From contig CAXNCS010000007.1 in assembly GCA_964201005.1 (NCBI GenBank), positions 167-64,166 of the forward strand: a stretch of DNA of 64,000 nt, read 5' to 3'. The notes under the pieces were generated by a model. It saw only the letters and a program-made list of their open reading frames with translations, ran no database searches and was not told where the DNA came from. A program made the position numbers and the translations under genes. Shown piece by piece: positions 56,209-64,000 of this stretch (positions are counted from its first letter, which is position 1; each line of letters opens with the position of its first letter). The DNA comes from Myxococcota bacterium. Its GTDB lineage: Bacteria > Myxococcota_A > UBA9042.

Positions 56209-57837
56209 CTAGCGAATGCTCAGCAGCCGGTAAGGCGTTACGGGATCGGCCATGCCCTTGAGGCGCATCTCGTCCATCTGTTCGGCGTGGACCTGCGACT
56301 CGACCGCCTGGAATGTCGTAGGGCTGATCAGGATTTCCCCGGGTTTGGCCGCGGAACACAGCCGCGAGGCCAGGTTCACCCCGCGACCGAACACCGTGTA
56401 GCTCATGGTGCGGGACGAGCCGACATAGCCGGCGATCACCGTGGCCGTGGCGATGCCGATGCCGATGCCGATTTGCTCGATCCCGGCCATTGCCCGCTCG
56501 CGGTTGAAATCCCTCACCACCGCCTGGATTTCTACGGCGGCGCGCACGGCATTGGACTCGTCGTCGTCGGTGCCCAGGGGCGCGCCAAACAGCGCCATCA
56601 CCGCGTCGCCAATGTATTTGTCCAGGGTGCCGTCGTAGGCAAAGATCACGTTGGACACCCGCTCAAAGTACTCGTTCATCAGCGCGACCATGTCGGCCGG
56701 CGCCAGCCTCTCCGTCAGCGCGGTAAAGCCGCGGATATCGGCAAACAGCACGGTGACGCGCTTCTGCGCCCCGCCTTTTTCGATTGCCAGATCGCCCGCG
56801 ACGATGCGGTCGACCAAGTTGGGGCTCAGCATGCGCGACAGCGACGAGCGAAGCGCCGCCTCTTCGACCACCCGCCGCTGCAGCAGCACATTGTCGATGG
56901 CGATCGACGCCTGGCGCGACACGGCCGCGAGCACCGCCAGGTCCTTTTCTGCAAAAAGCCCAGAGCTAATCAGGGAGTCGACGTGCAACACCCCCAGCAC
57001 GCGCTCCTGGGTCAACAGCGGCACGGTCATGGACGAGCGGATGCCCTGCAGCACCACCGAGGCGGCATTGCCAAAGCGCGCGTCCAGCCGGGCGTCGGTC
57101 GAAAGCACCGCCTCGCGCTTGCCAATCACATGGCGAATGATCGAGCGGGGCACGTGGATCTCTTTGTCTTCCTTGCTGAGACCCGCATTCTGCCTCAGCT
57201 TAGTCGCCACCTGAACCAGCCGCGAGGCCATGTCGCCTTCGCCCTTCTCGTTGACGAACATCACCACGCCGCGGTCGACCGGCAGCCACTCAAAGATGCG
57301 GATCAGCAGGCGGTCGAGCACCGAGTCGATGTCGTGCGCCGCGTGCAGATCGCCAGAAAGCACAAAGGCCAGGCGGAGTTTTTCGTAGTCGGCCCGCAGC
57401 ATCCGGTCGTCGAGCACAAAATCGACGCGCTGAAAATCGTGGGCCAAGTCGATCTGCATGGTCGCGTGGATCGACGCCGAACCGACTTCGTCCAGCGGGT
57501 TGACCTCGGGGGCCACGTCGGCGCGCTGCGGCAGATCCAACTCTTGGTGAAAGCGCCAGATCGTGCTGCCGATCCGCACTTCGTCGCCGTCCTTGAGCGC
57601 CACCGACTGCTCGACCAGGTGATCGTTGCAGTACGTGCCGTTGCGGCTGTCCAGGTCGGTCAACAGAAACAGCGAAGTGCCGGGGCGCCGGGCGATGACC
57701 GCGTGCTCTTTGGACACCAGCCGATCGACGATCTGCAAGGTGTTGGTGGGCTGCCGACCGACGGTGGTCACGTCGGAGAGGACGATCTCGTGTTGACCTG
57801 CCCCGGTGCTGACGCGCACCAGCTTGCACACACCCAT
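56209..57837 (-). CDS. FHA-GAF-class III adenylate/guanylate cyclase
   Basis: FHA motifs GR...VSKEHA...DLDSRNGT; GAF motif IRSSMTVPL; cyclase motifs LFADIRGFT, DKYIGDAVMA, VNLASRL. Confidence 0.95.
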   Translation of the reverse strand: MGVCKLVRVSTGAGQHEIVLSDVTTVGRQPTNTLQIVDRLVSKEHAVIARRPGTSLFLLTDLDSRNGTYCNDHLVEQSVALKDGDEVRIGSTIWRFHQELDLPQRADVAPEVNPLDEVGSASIHATMQIDLAHDFQRVDFVLDDRMLRADYEKLRLAFVLSGDLHAAHDIDSVLDRLLIRIFEWLPVDRGVVMFVNEKGEGDMASRLVQVATKLRQNAGLSKEDKEIHVPRSIIRHVIGKREAVLSTDARLDARFGNAASVVLQGIRSSMTVPLLTQERVLGVLHVDSLISSGLFAEKDLAVLAAVSRQASIAIDNVLLQRRVVEEAALRSSLSRMLSPNLVDRIVAGDLAIEKGGAQKRVTVLFADIRGFTALTERLAPADMVALMNEYFERVSNVIFAYDGTLDKYIGDAVMALFGAPLGTDDDESNAVRAAVEIQAVVRDFNRERAMAGIEQIGIGIGIATATVIAGYVGSSRTMSYTVFGRGVNLASRLCSAAKPGEILISPTTFQAVESQVHAEQMDEMRLKGMADPVTPYRLLSIR

Positions 57838-57857
57838 GGCTCCCCCGCCGCGCTCGC

Positions 57858-60800
57858 TTAGGTCGCTGAGACGCGGAACTCGCCGGTCGCGGTCATGGCC
57901 CGCAGGCGCCGCACCAGCCGCTCGGCTTCGCGCAACGCCCCAAGTTCGCGGTATAATTCCTGGGCCTCGTCCAGCAACGCCCGCGCCGTGCGGTCCGATG
58001 TCAGCACGCCGGCCTCGAGCAGATCGGCGAGCACCACCATGCAGTCCGCGCGCTCAAGCGTGGCAATCTCCGGCTCCACCAGGCCAAACGCATCTTCCAT
58101 GATCGTGTGCGCGGTCTTGGCATCGCCAGCGGCGGCAGACGCACGGGCGGCCAAGAGCAGCGCCTTAATGTGCAGCCCCGTGTGACCTACCGCTTGGGCC
58201 TGACGCCCGGATTCCTCCGCAAAGGCCAGGGCGCGGGCGTAGATGCCGTGCTGCTGTTGAATTTCGCCGCGTTGGCGCAGGGCGTCGGCCAGGCCGGCCA
58301 GGTCGGGCAGGGCGGCATAGGCGCGGCAAGACTTGGCCAGGGCGGCGTCGGCCTCGTCCAGGGCGCCACGGGCCTGCAGCACCGCCGCGAGCAGCACCGA
58401 CACCTCGGCGGCCAAGCGCTGGCGGTCGACGCGGCCCAAGGCGTTGAGCGCTTCGCCCAGCTGGGCCTCGGCGTCGTCCAGCTCGCCAATATCGCGCAAG
58501 GCAAGAGCAAGGGCGCGCAGCGCCTCCACTTCTAGGATCAGGTTGCGGGCATCGCGCGAAGCAGCCAGACCGCGCCGCGCCGCAGAGACCGCCGCATCGC
58601 CTTGATTGAGCGCGCGGTAGGCGTCAGAGATGCTCAGGGCCAGTTCCGCCGCCAACACCGGTGAGGCGAGCACGGGAATGGCCTGCATCGCCTCGCTCCA
58701 CACGTCCAGCGCGTGCTGCAAGTGCCCTTCCGCTTTGAGGCATTTGCCCAGGGCCAGCCGCACGACCGGGGTCAGGTCGTGGACCGTGGTCTGCGCGGTG
58801 ACCTGCATCACCGACAGCTGGGCTTCCAGGGGCGCCACCGCCTCCGCGCCGCGGCCGCAAGCGACTTCCGCCGTCGCCCACGCGGCCAACAGCGGCACGC
58901 CGACCCGGTACCAGTCCTCTTCGCGAAGCCTGGGCAGCGGACGCAATTCCTCAATCGCTTCGCGGGCTCGGTCGCTGGCTAGCTCGTGGTCGCCGCGCTC
59001 AGACAGGCTGGCAGCCAAGCCGCGCGCCACTTCTGCCAGGCCCAGCGCCGCCGTCTCGCGGTCGCCGCGATCGCGCAGCCGCACCAGCTGTTCGCGGGCC
59101 AGCTCGTACTCGGCAATGGCCTCCGGCAACGCCCCCAGCTGGTACATCATCTCGGCAAAATGCCGGCCGTGGGCCGCTGAGCCCTCGTGCTCGCCCGCCG
59201 CCGCCTGCAGGGCTGCCAAGCGCCCCACAAACACGTCAGGCCGCGCCACAGACTGGTTGAGCAGCCACGCCACCGCGCCGGCCATGTTCAGCGGTTCGCG
59301 CAGCACTTCGGCGCGCAGGGTCTCCGGACACTCGCCCAGGGCATACTCCACCTGGTTGGACAGGTGGCTCGACGTCTGCGGCCGCAGCAGCCCGGCAGCC
59401 ACCAGCCGCGAAACCGCTGGCCCCGCGGGGCGATCGGTCGCCGCTTCCAGCAGGTCGGGCCACAGCGGCGCCCCCAAGCGCAATGCGGCGCCGAGCACCA
59501 GCCGCGCCCCGGCGTCCATCATCCGATCCGGCGAGGTCAGGTCGCGCGCCGGCACCCGTGTCACCGATCCCGGGGTCAGCAACCCGGCAAAACTCGCCGG
59601 CACTTCGTCCGATCGCGACACCCAACCGCCCACCACCACCACAGGCGTGGCGCCCAGCTGGCGCACCAAGCGGCGCACAAAGGCCTGCTCCGTCTCGGTC
59701 AAGTAGTCGATGCGCTCGATCGCCAGCACCAGCAGGCTGCGCCCGGCGATCCCGCGCAAAGCATCGGCCAGCGCCGCGCCACCGGCCATCCGCGCCACTT
59801 CCGGCACCGCCCGGGCGTGAGACAAGTGCGGCGAATCGGGAAAATCCACCCGCAAAAACAAGCCGATCAGGTGGGCCACCTGGCTGGCGCGGTCGGGCCG
59901 GTCGGGCATGAGCCCCTGGACCCAGCTGAGCAATTTGCGGCGGGCGAGCGAGGGCGGATCGTTGTCAAAAAGCGCCGCGCGGCTGCGGATCTCTTCAAAC
60001 ATGCACGCCAAAGGCAGCCGCGGCCCCGGCGGACCCACTTGGATGCGCACCACCACTGGCGCGTCGGCGCGGGCTTGGGTCTCGGCGACAAACGCGTCCA
60101 TCGTCGCGTCCAGCATCGCCGCCGTGCGCGCGCACACCCCAGCTAACTCCAGGCGAACGCGGTCTTTGGCCCGGTCGATGCGCTCGCTGAGCAGGTCGAT
60201 GGTCGGACCAATCGCCGAATCGTGGCGGCGCGGCGCCCGCGGCTGGGTGTTGGGGGCGCTGCGGGCGGTGCGCGACTCGGCGGCGATGCCCTCCAGTTTG
60301 TCCAACTCTTCAACAAAAGCCCGGGCATCGCGCGGCCGATCCGCCGGATTCTTGGCCAGGGTCTTGCGAAAAAACGCGTCGACTTGCGGCGGAAACACCA
60401 GGTCGGCGCGGCGCTGGTTGACCGACACAGCCGGCTGAAGCTGGTGGGCGCGCAGAAAATCCTGAGGCGTCTCGCCGTCAATCGGCAGAAAGCCCGTGGC
60501 CATCTCGTAAAGAATCACGGCCAGCGAATACAAATCGCTCTGCGGCCCGACTTCTTGCCCCGCCGCCTGCTCCGGGCTCATGTAAGCCGGCGTGCCCACC
60601 ACCAAGCGCGCTTGCGTGAGCCGCGGGTTAAATTCGGCGCCTTGGGCGGCAATGTGCTTGGCGAGCCCCAGGTCCACGACCTTGACGTAGTCTTCCTGGG
60701 AGCCCAAGCGGGTCAGCAAGATGTTGTCTGGCTTGAGGTCGCGGTGGATGATCCCCAGCTTGTGGGCTTCCATCAGCGCTTCGCACACGCGCTGGGCGAT

Positions 60801-61181
60801 GCGACAGGCCCGCGGCAGCGTCAGCCAGCGCTCGCGGTCCAGCAGGTCGCCCAGGCTCTCACCGTCGATGTACTCCATCGCGATGTAGGTGCGGCCCGTG
60901 TCCGTGGCGCCGATGTTGTACACCGTGGCGACAAACGGCGAGCGGATGCGCGCGAGGATCTTGGCTTCCTGAAAAAACCGTTCATCCGCCTGAAGTTGCT
61001 TGGCCAGGTCAGAGCGCAACACCTTGAGGGCGACCGGCCGGCCCAGGCGAATGTCTTCCGCTTCATACACCGAGCCCATGCCGCCGCGGCCGATGAGGCG
61101 CACCACGCGGTACATATTGTCGACGAGAGCTGAGGAAGGCAGCTCATCGGCGTCGGGCTTCAGTTGGTGGGTTGCGGCCAT
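57858..61181 (-). CDS. Ser/Thr protein kinase with a degenerate AAA-like middle region and C-terminal TPRs
   Basis: IGRGGMGSVY; VALK; HRDLKPDN; DLGLAK; GTPAYMSPEQ; helical TPR-like C-terminus. Confidence 0.92.
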   Translation of the reverse strand: MAATHQLKPDADELPSSALVDNMYRVVRLIGRGGMGSVYEAEDIRLGRPVALKVLRSDLAKQLQADERFFQEAKILARIRSPFVATVYNIGATDTGRTYIAMEYIDGESLGDLLDRERWLTLPRACRIAQRVCEALMEAHKLGIIHRDLKPDNILLTRLGSQEDYVKVVDLGLAKHIAAQGAEFNPRLTQARLVVGTPAYMSPEQAAGQEVGPQSDLYSLAVILYEMATGFLPIDGETPQDFLRAHQLQPAVSVNQRRADLVFPPQVDAFFRKTLAKNPADRPRDARAFVEELDKLEGIAAESRTARSAPNTQPRAPRRHDSAIGPTIDLLSERIDRAKDRVRLELAGVCARTAAMLDATMDAFVAETQARADAPVVVRIQVGPPGPRLPLACMFEEIRSRAALFDNDPPSLARRKLLSWVQGLMPDRPDRASQVAHLIGLFLRVDFPDSPHLSHARAVPEVARMAGGAALADALRGIAGRSLLVLAIERIDYLTETEQAFVRRLVRQLGATPVVVVGGWVSRSDEVPASFAGLLTPGSVTRVPARDLTSPDRMMDAGARLVLGAALRLGAPLWPDLLEAATDRPAGPAVSRLVAAGLLRPQTSSHLSNQVEYALGECPETLRAEVLREPLNMAGAVAWLLNQSVARPDVFVGRLAALQAAAGEHEGSAAHGRHFAEMMYQLGALPEAIAEYELAREQLVRLRDRGDRETAALGLAEVARGLAASLSERGDHELASDRAREAIEELRPLPRLREEDWYRVGVPLLAAWATAEVACGRGAEAVAPLEAQLSVMQVTAQTTVHDLTPVVRLALGKCLKAEGHLQHALDVWSEAMQAIPVLASPVLAAELALSISDAYRALNQGDAAVSAARRGLAASRDARNLILEVEALRALALALRDIGELDDAEAQLGEALNALGRVDRQRLAAEVSVLLAAVLQARGALDEADAALAKSCRAYAALPDLAGLADALRQRGEIQQQHGIYARALAFAEESGRQAQAVGHTGLHIKALLLAARASAAAGDAKTAHTIMEDAFGLVEPEIATLERADCMVVLADLLEAGVLTSDRTARALLDEAQELYRELGALREAERLVRRLRAMTATGEFRVSAT

Positions 61182-61233
61182 TGAACCTGCGCGGACACAG
61201 TTGGGACGACAGTAAACCAAACCATGCTGCGGT

Positions 61234-61581
61234 TCAAGGACGGCCCAGGAACCGCTCCAGACCGGCCAAAACCTGGGGGCGGGGCAGGCTGACATCCACG
61301 CGCTTGTCGCGACTCGTTTGGCCCGCGGCGAGCTGAACCTTGGTCCGGGGTACGTCCATCAGATCGGCAATTAACCTCAACAATTCGTCATTGGCTTTGC
61401 CATCCACCGGCGGGGCCTGGAGCGCCACCTTGATCCGCTCGCCGTGCAGCCCCACCAGCCGGCTCTTGGAGGCCCCGGGCTGGGCGCGCAGCCAGAGCTG
61501 CACCGGCTGACTGCCGCGCTCGTCGCCGCCGCGCACCGCCACCTGCCAGTCGCCGGGGGCCTGGTCTGCCATCGCCTTCAC
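61234..61581 (-). CDS. yggU: DUF167/YggU family protein
   Basis: AQPGASKS; APPVDGKANDEL; GQTSRDK. Confidence 0.9.
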   Translation of the reverse strand: MKAMADQAPGDWQVAVRGGDERGSQPVQLWLRAQPGASKSRLVGLHGERIKVALQAPPVDGKANDELLRLIADLMDVPRTKVQLAAGQTSRDKRVDVSLPRPQVLAGLERFLGRP

Positions 61582-61587
61582 CTGCCC

Positions 61588-62631
61588 CTACAGCAGCTTC
61601 TGCTGAATTTCGTCTTGCCCCGGCAGGCGTTCTGGCAGGGGCAGGCCCAGATGGCTCCACGCCTTGGCCATCGCCACCCGGCCGCGCGGCGTGCGCGCCA
61701 CATACCCCTGTTGCAGCAGGTAGGGCTCGTAGACTTCTTCAAGCGTATCGCGCTGTTCAGACAGGGCCGCGGCAATCGCCTCAATGCCCACCGGCCCGCC
61801 GCCAAATTGCACAATCAGCTTGGCCAAATAGGCGCGGTCCATCGGGTCAAAGCCGGCGGCGTCGACTTCTAGCAGGTCCAGGGTGCGGGCGGCCAGGCTC
61901 GCGTCGATCTCCGCCACTTGCTCCACTGCGGCAAAATCGCGCACCCGTCGCAACAAACGATTGGCAATCCGCGGTGTTCCCCGCGAGCGCCGGGCAATTT
62001 CCAGCGCGCCATTGGCCGCCAGTGCCACCCCTAGCGCTCGCGCAGAACGCGACACCACCAGGGCCAACTCCTCAGGACTATAAAACTGTAGCCGCGCCAC
62101 ATAGCCAAAGCGATCGCGCAGAGGCCCGGTGAGCAGCCCGGTGCGCGTCGTCGCCCCCAGCAGGGTAAAGCGCGGCAGCGGCAGCTTGACCGTGCGGGCG
62201 TGCGGCCCGTCGCCAATCACGATGTCAAAGCGGAAATCCTCCATCGCCGGGTACAGGTTCTCTTCGACAATCGGCGTTAAGCGGTGAATCTCATCGATAA
62301 ACAGCACATCGCCTTCCTGCAGCCCGGTGAGCACGCCGGCCAGGTCGCCCTTCTTCTCGATCGCCGGCCCGGACGTGACCACCAGGTTCGCCCCCATCTC
62401 ATTGGCGATCAGATTGGCCAAGGTGGTCTTGCCCAGGCCCGGCGGCCCGCAAAACAGCATGTGATCGATCGGCTCTCTGCGACTGCGCGCGGCGGCAATA
62501 AACACTTGCAGGTTGCGGATCACCGTCTCTTGACCCACGTATTCGGCAAAAGACCGCGGCCGCAGCGCCCGATCGGCGGTTGGGTCGATCGGTTGGCCGG
62601 TCAGCACGTCTTCTGCGGGGCGTTCCATCAT
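61588..62631 (-). CDS. ruvB: Holliday junction branch migration helicase RuvB
   Basis: [12 protein letters not shown]; [11 protein letters not shown]; FIDEIHRL; [16 protein letters not shown]. Confidence 0.98.
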   Translation of the reverse strand: MMERPAEDVLTGQPIDPTADRALRPRSFAEYVGQETVIRNLQVFIAAARSRREPIDHMLFCGPPGLGKTTLANLIANEMGANLVVTSGPAIEKKGDLAGVLTGLQEGDVLFIDEIHRLTPIVEENLYPAMEDFRFDIVIGDGPHARTVKLPLPRFTLLGATTRTGLLTGPLRDRFGYVARLQFYSPEELALVVSRSARALGVALAANGALEIARRSRGTPRIANRLLRRVRDFAAVEQVAEIDASLAARTLDLLEVDAAGFDPMDRAYLAKLIVQFGGGPVGIEAIAAALSEQRDTLEEVYEPYLLQQGYVARTPRGRVAMAKAWSHLGLPLPERLPGQDEIQQKLL

Positions 62632-62658
62632 CGTCTACCTGTGGGCGTGGGGAGCCAG

Positions 62659-63267
62659 CTAGCTGCCTGGGCGGCGCAAGAGGGCCAGGGAGGCGCGCAG
62701 GGCCGCGTCAAAGTGGCCGTTGGCTGGGTCGGCCAGCGCCTGAGCGGCAGCCGTTTCCGCAGCTTGCGGGCGATAGCCCAGGTTGATCAGCGCCGACAGC
62801 AGGTCTGCCAGCAGCGGCGACCCCAGCGGCACCTTGGCGGCCCCCGTTGCAGGCTGCAGCGACGCCGAGGCCGGCAGCCGGTCGCGCAACTTTACCACAA
62901 TCGTCTCTGCGGTGCGCTTGCCAATCCCCTTGGCCTTGGTCAATTCGCTAAGCTTTTCACCCTGAATCGCCGCGGCGAGCGGCCCGGGCTCCAGGGCAGA
63001 AATCAGCGCCATCGCCGCCTTGGGGCCCACGCCGGGCACGCCAATCAGCGCGCGAAACATGTCGCGATCCGCAGCGGTGACAAAGCCATACAGGGCGATA
63101 GCGTCTTCGCGCACTTCTGTGTGCACCAGCAGCTCCGCGTCGCCGCCCAATTGGTGCTGGGAGCGATCGCGCTCGCTGACGCTGACCAGATAGCCCACAC
63201 CGCGCACATCGACGACCACGGCGTCGTCTTCGATAGCCTGACAAATTCCCCGCAGATACGCGATCAT
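62659..63267 (-). CDS. ruvA: Holliday junction DNA-binding protein RuvA
   Basis: MIAYLRG; GVGY; VREDAIALYGF; GVGPKAA; GIGKRTAE; ALINLGY. Confidence 0.97.
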   Translation of the reverse strand: MIAYLRGICQAIEDDAVVVDVRGVGYLVSVSERDRSQHQLGGDAELLVHTEVREDAIALYGFVTAADRDMFRALIGVPGVGPKAAMALISALEPGPLAAAIQGEKLSELTKAKGIGKRTAETIVVKLRDRLPASASLQPATGAAKVPLGSPLLADLLSALINLGYRPQAAETAAAQALADPANGHFDAALRASLALLRRPGS

Positions 63268-63965
63268 CGCCAGCCTCCAGCTTTCTTCTTGCCCTGCGGC
63301 TCTCTCTGCTTGCCCTGCAGCTCTCTCTGCTTACCCTGTGCCGCCGCGGCTTGCACAGCCTGCAGGTACGCATTGCGCGCCGGTGTCATCGCCGCCTCGG
63401 GCGCAAGGGCCAGCGCCGCCGCACTTGGCACCAGCGCATCGGCCTGCGACCTGCGCAGATGCGTCACCGCCACGGCCAGGGCGTCGGCCTCGTCTTCTTG
63501 GGGCAGTTCAGCCAAATCCAGGGTCATCTGCACCAGCCGCTGCACCTGCTCCTTGACCGCCCGGCCGCTCCCCACAATCGCCCGCTTGACCAGCGCCGGC
63601 GGATACTCAAACACCGGCAGGCCGCGCGCCGCCGCAAGGGCAATCGGCACGCCGCGGGCCTGGCCCAGCACCAGCGCAGTGTGCGGATTGTCGTGGACAA
63701 ACGCCGCCTCAATCGCCAGGGCATCGACGGGGTGACCCTCCAGCAACGCTTGGACACCCTTTAGAATTCCCCCAAGCCGCGTGGGGAGATTGTCGCGGGG
63801 GTTGAGCTTGAGCGTCCCAGAGGCCAGCCGCTCCAGCCGACCTTGCCGGCTCCGCACCACCGCCCAACCCAGCTTGAGCGACCCCGGATCGATGGCCAGG
63901 ACCACCTGGTCGATGGGTTGCAGCGGGTTTCGGTTCAACGGGCGCCTCCGGCGGGCACGATACAC
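63264..63965 (-). CDS. ruvC: Crossover junction endodeoxyribonuclease RuvC (start uncertain, possibly ~63938)
   Basis: LAIDPGS; AIEAAF; LGQARGV; VKRAIVGSGRAVKEQV; DEADALAVA. Confidence 0.96.
   Translation of the reverse strand: MYRARRRRPLNRNPLQPIDQVVLAIDPGSLKLGWAVVRSRQGRLERLASGTLKLNPRDNLPTRLGGILKGVQALLEGHPVDALAIEAAFVHDNPHTALVLGQARGVPIALAAARGLPVFEYPPALVKRAIVGSGRAVKEQVQRLVQMTLDLAELPQEDEADALAVAVTHLRRSQADALVPSAAALALAPEAAMTPARNAYLQAVQAAAAQGKQRELQGKQREPQGKKKAGGWR
63288..63338. repeat. 21-bp tandem repeat (about 2.4 units) in the ruvC 3' extension
   Basis: CTTGCCCTGC(G/A)GCTCTCTCTG x2 plus a partial unit; encodes QGKQRE(L/P) repeats. Confidence 0.85.
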
Positions 63966-64000
63966 CGCCGCCCCTAGCGTGCCAACCGTGACATCGCCGA

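Overview
GC-rich bacterial chromosome segment, most likely Myxococcota/deltaproteobacterial (Hanks kinases, FHA-GAF-cyclase, Cys-rich lipoproteins). It has three parts. (1) 1-19.1 kb is accessory DNA. A seven-gene minus-strand operon (12677 to beyond the left edge) starts with a 258-aa protein resembling the double-jelly-roll major capsid protein of small tailless prokaryotic viruses and a penton-like ORF. It continues with an Ig-like ORF, a 1077-aa beta-rich protein, a lipoprotein, an HExxH protein split at a G8 tract, and a >1780-aa giant beta-rich protein missing from the ORF track. No replication, integrase or packaging gene is visible. The operon abuts a truncated helicase/Vsr-like gene remnant, followed by a metzincin + lipoprotein cassette bracketed by two long palindromes. 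(2) 19.7-48 kb holds mixed metabolic and envelope genes (POT transporter, arsM, acyl-CoA dehydratase activase, a RAYT/Y1 HUH nuclease, AlkB-like, mmsA, UbiB, kinase, tRNA-Pro, lysS). It carries about 14 copies of a bipartite motif, GGGGGACCTCCCTAGAA-N19-(A/T tract), many inside coding sequence, centred on the HUH nuclease gene. (3) 44-64 kb is core housekeeping: lysS-lolE-lolD-bamA, GT-C-like membrane proteins, adenylate cyclase, kinase, yggU and ruvCAB. All protein calls come from motif recognition, not database searches.
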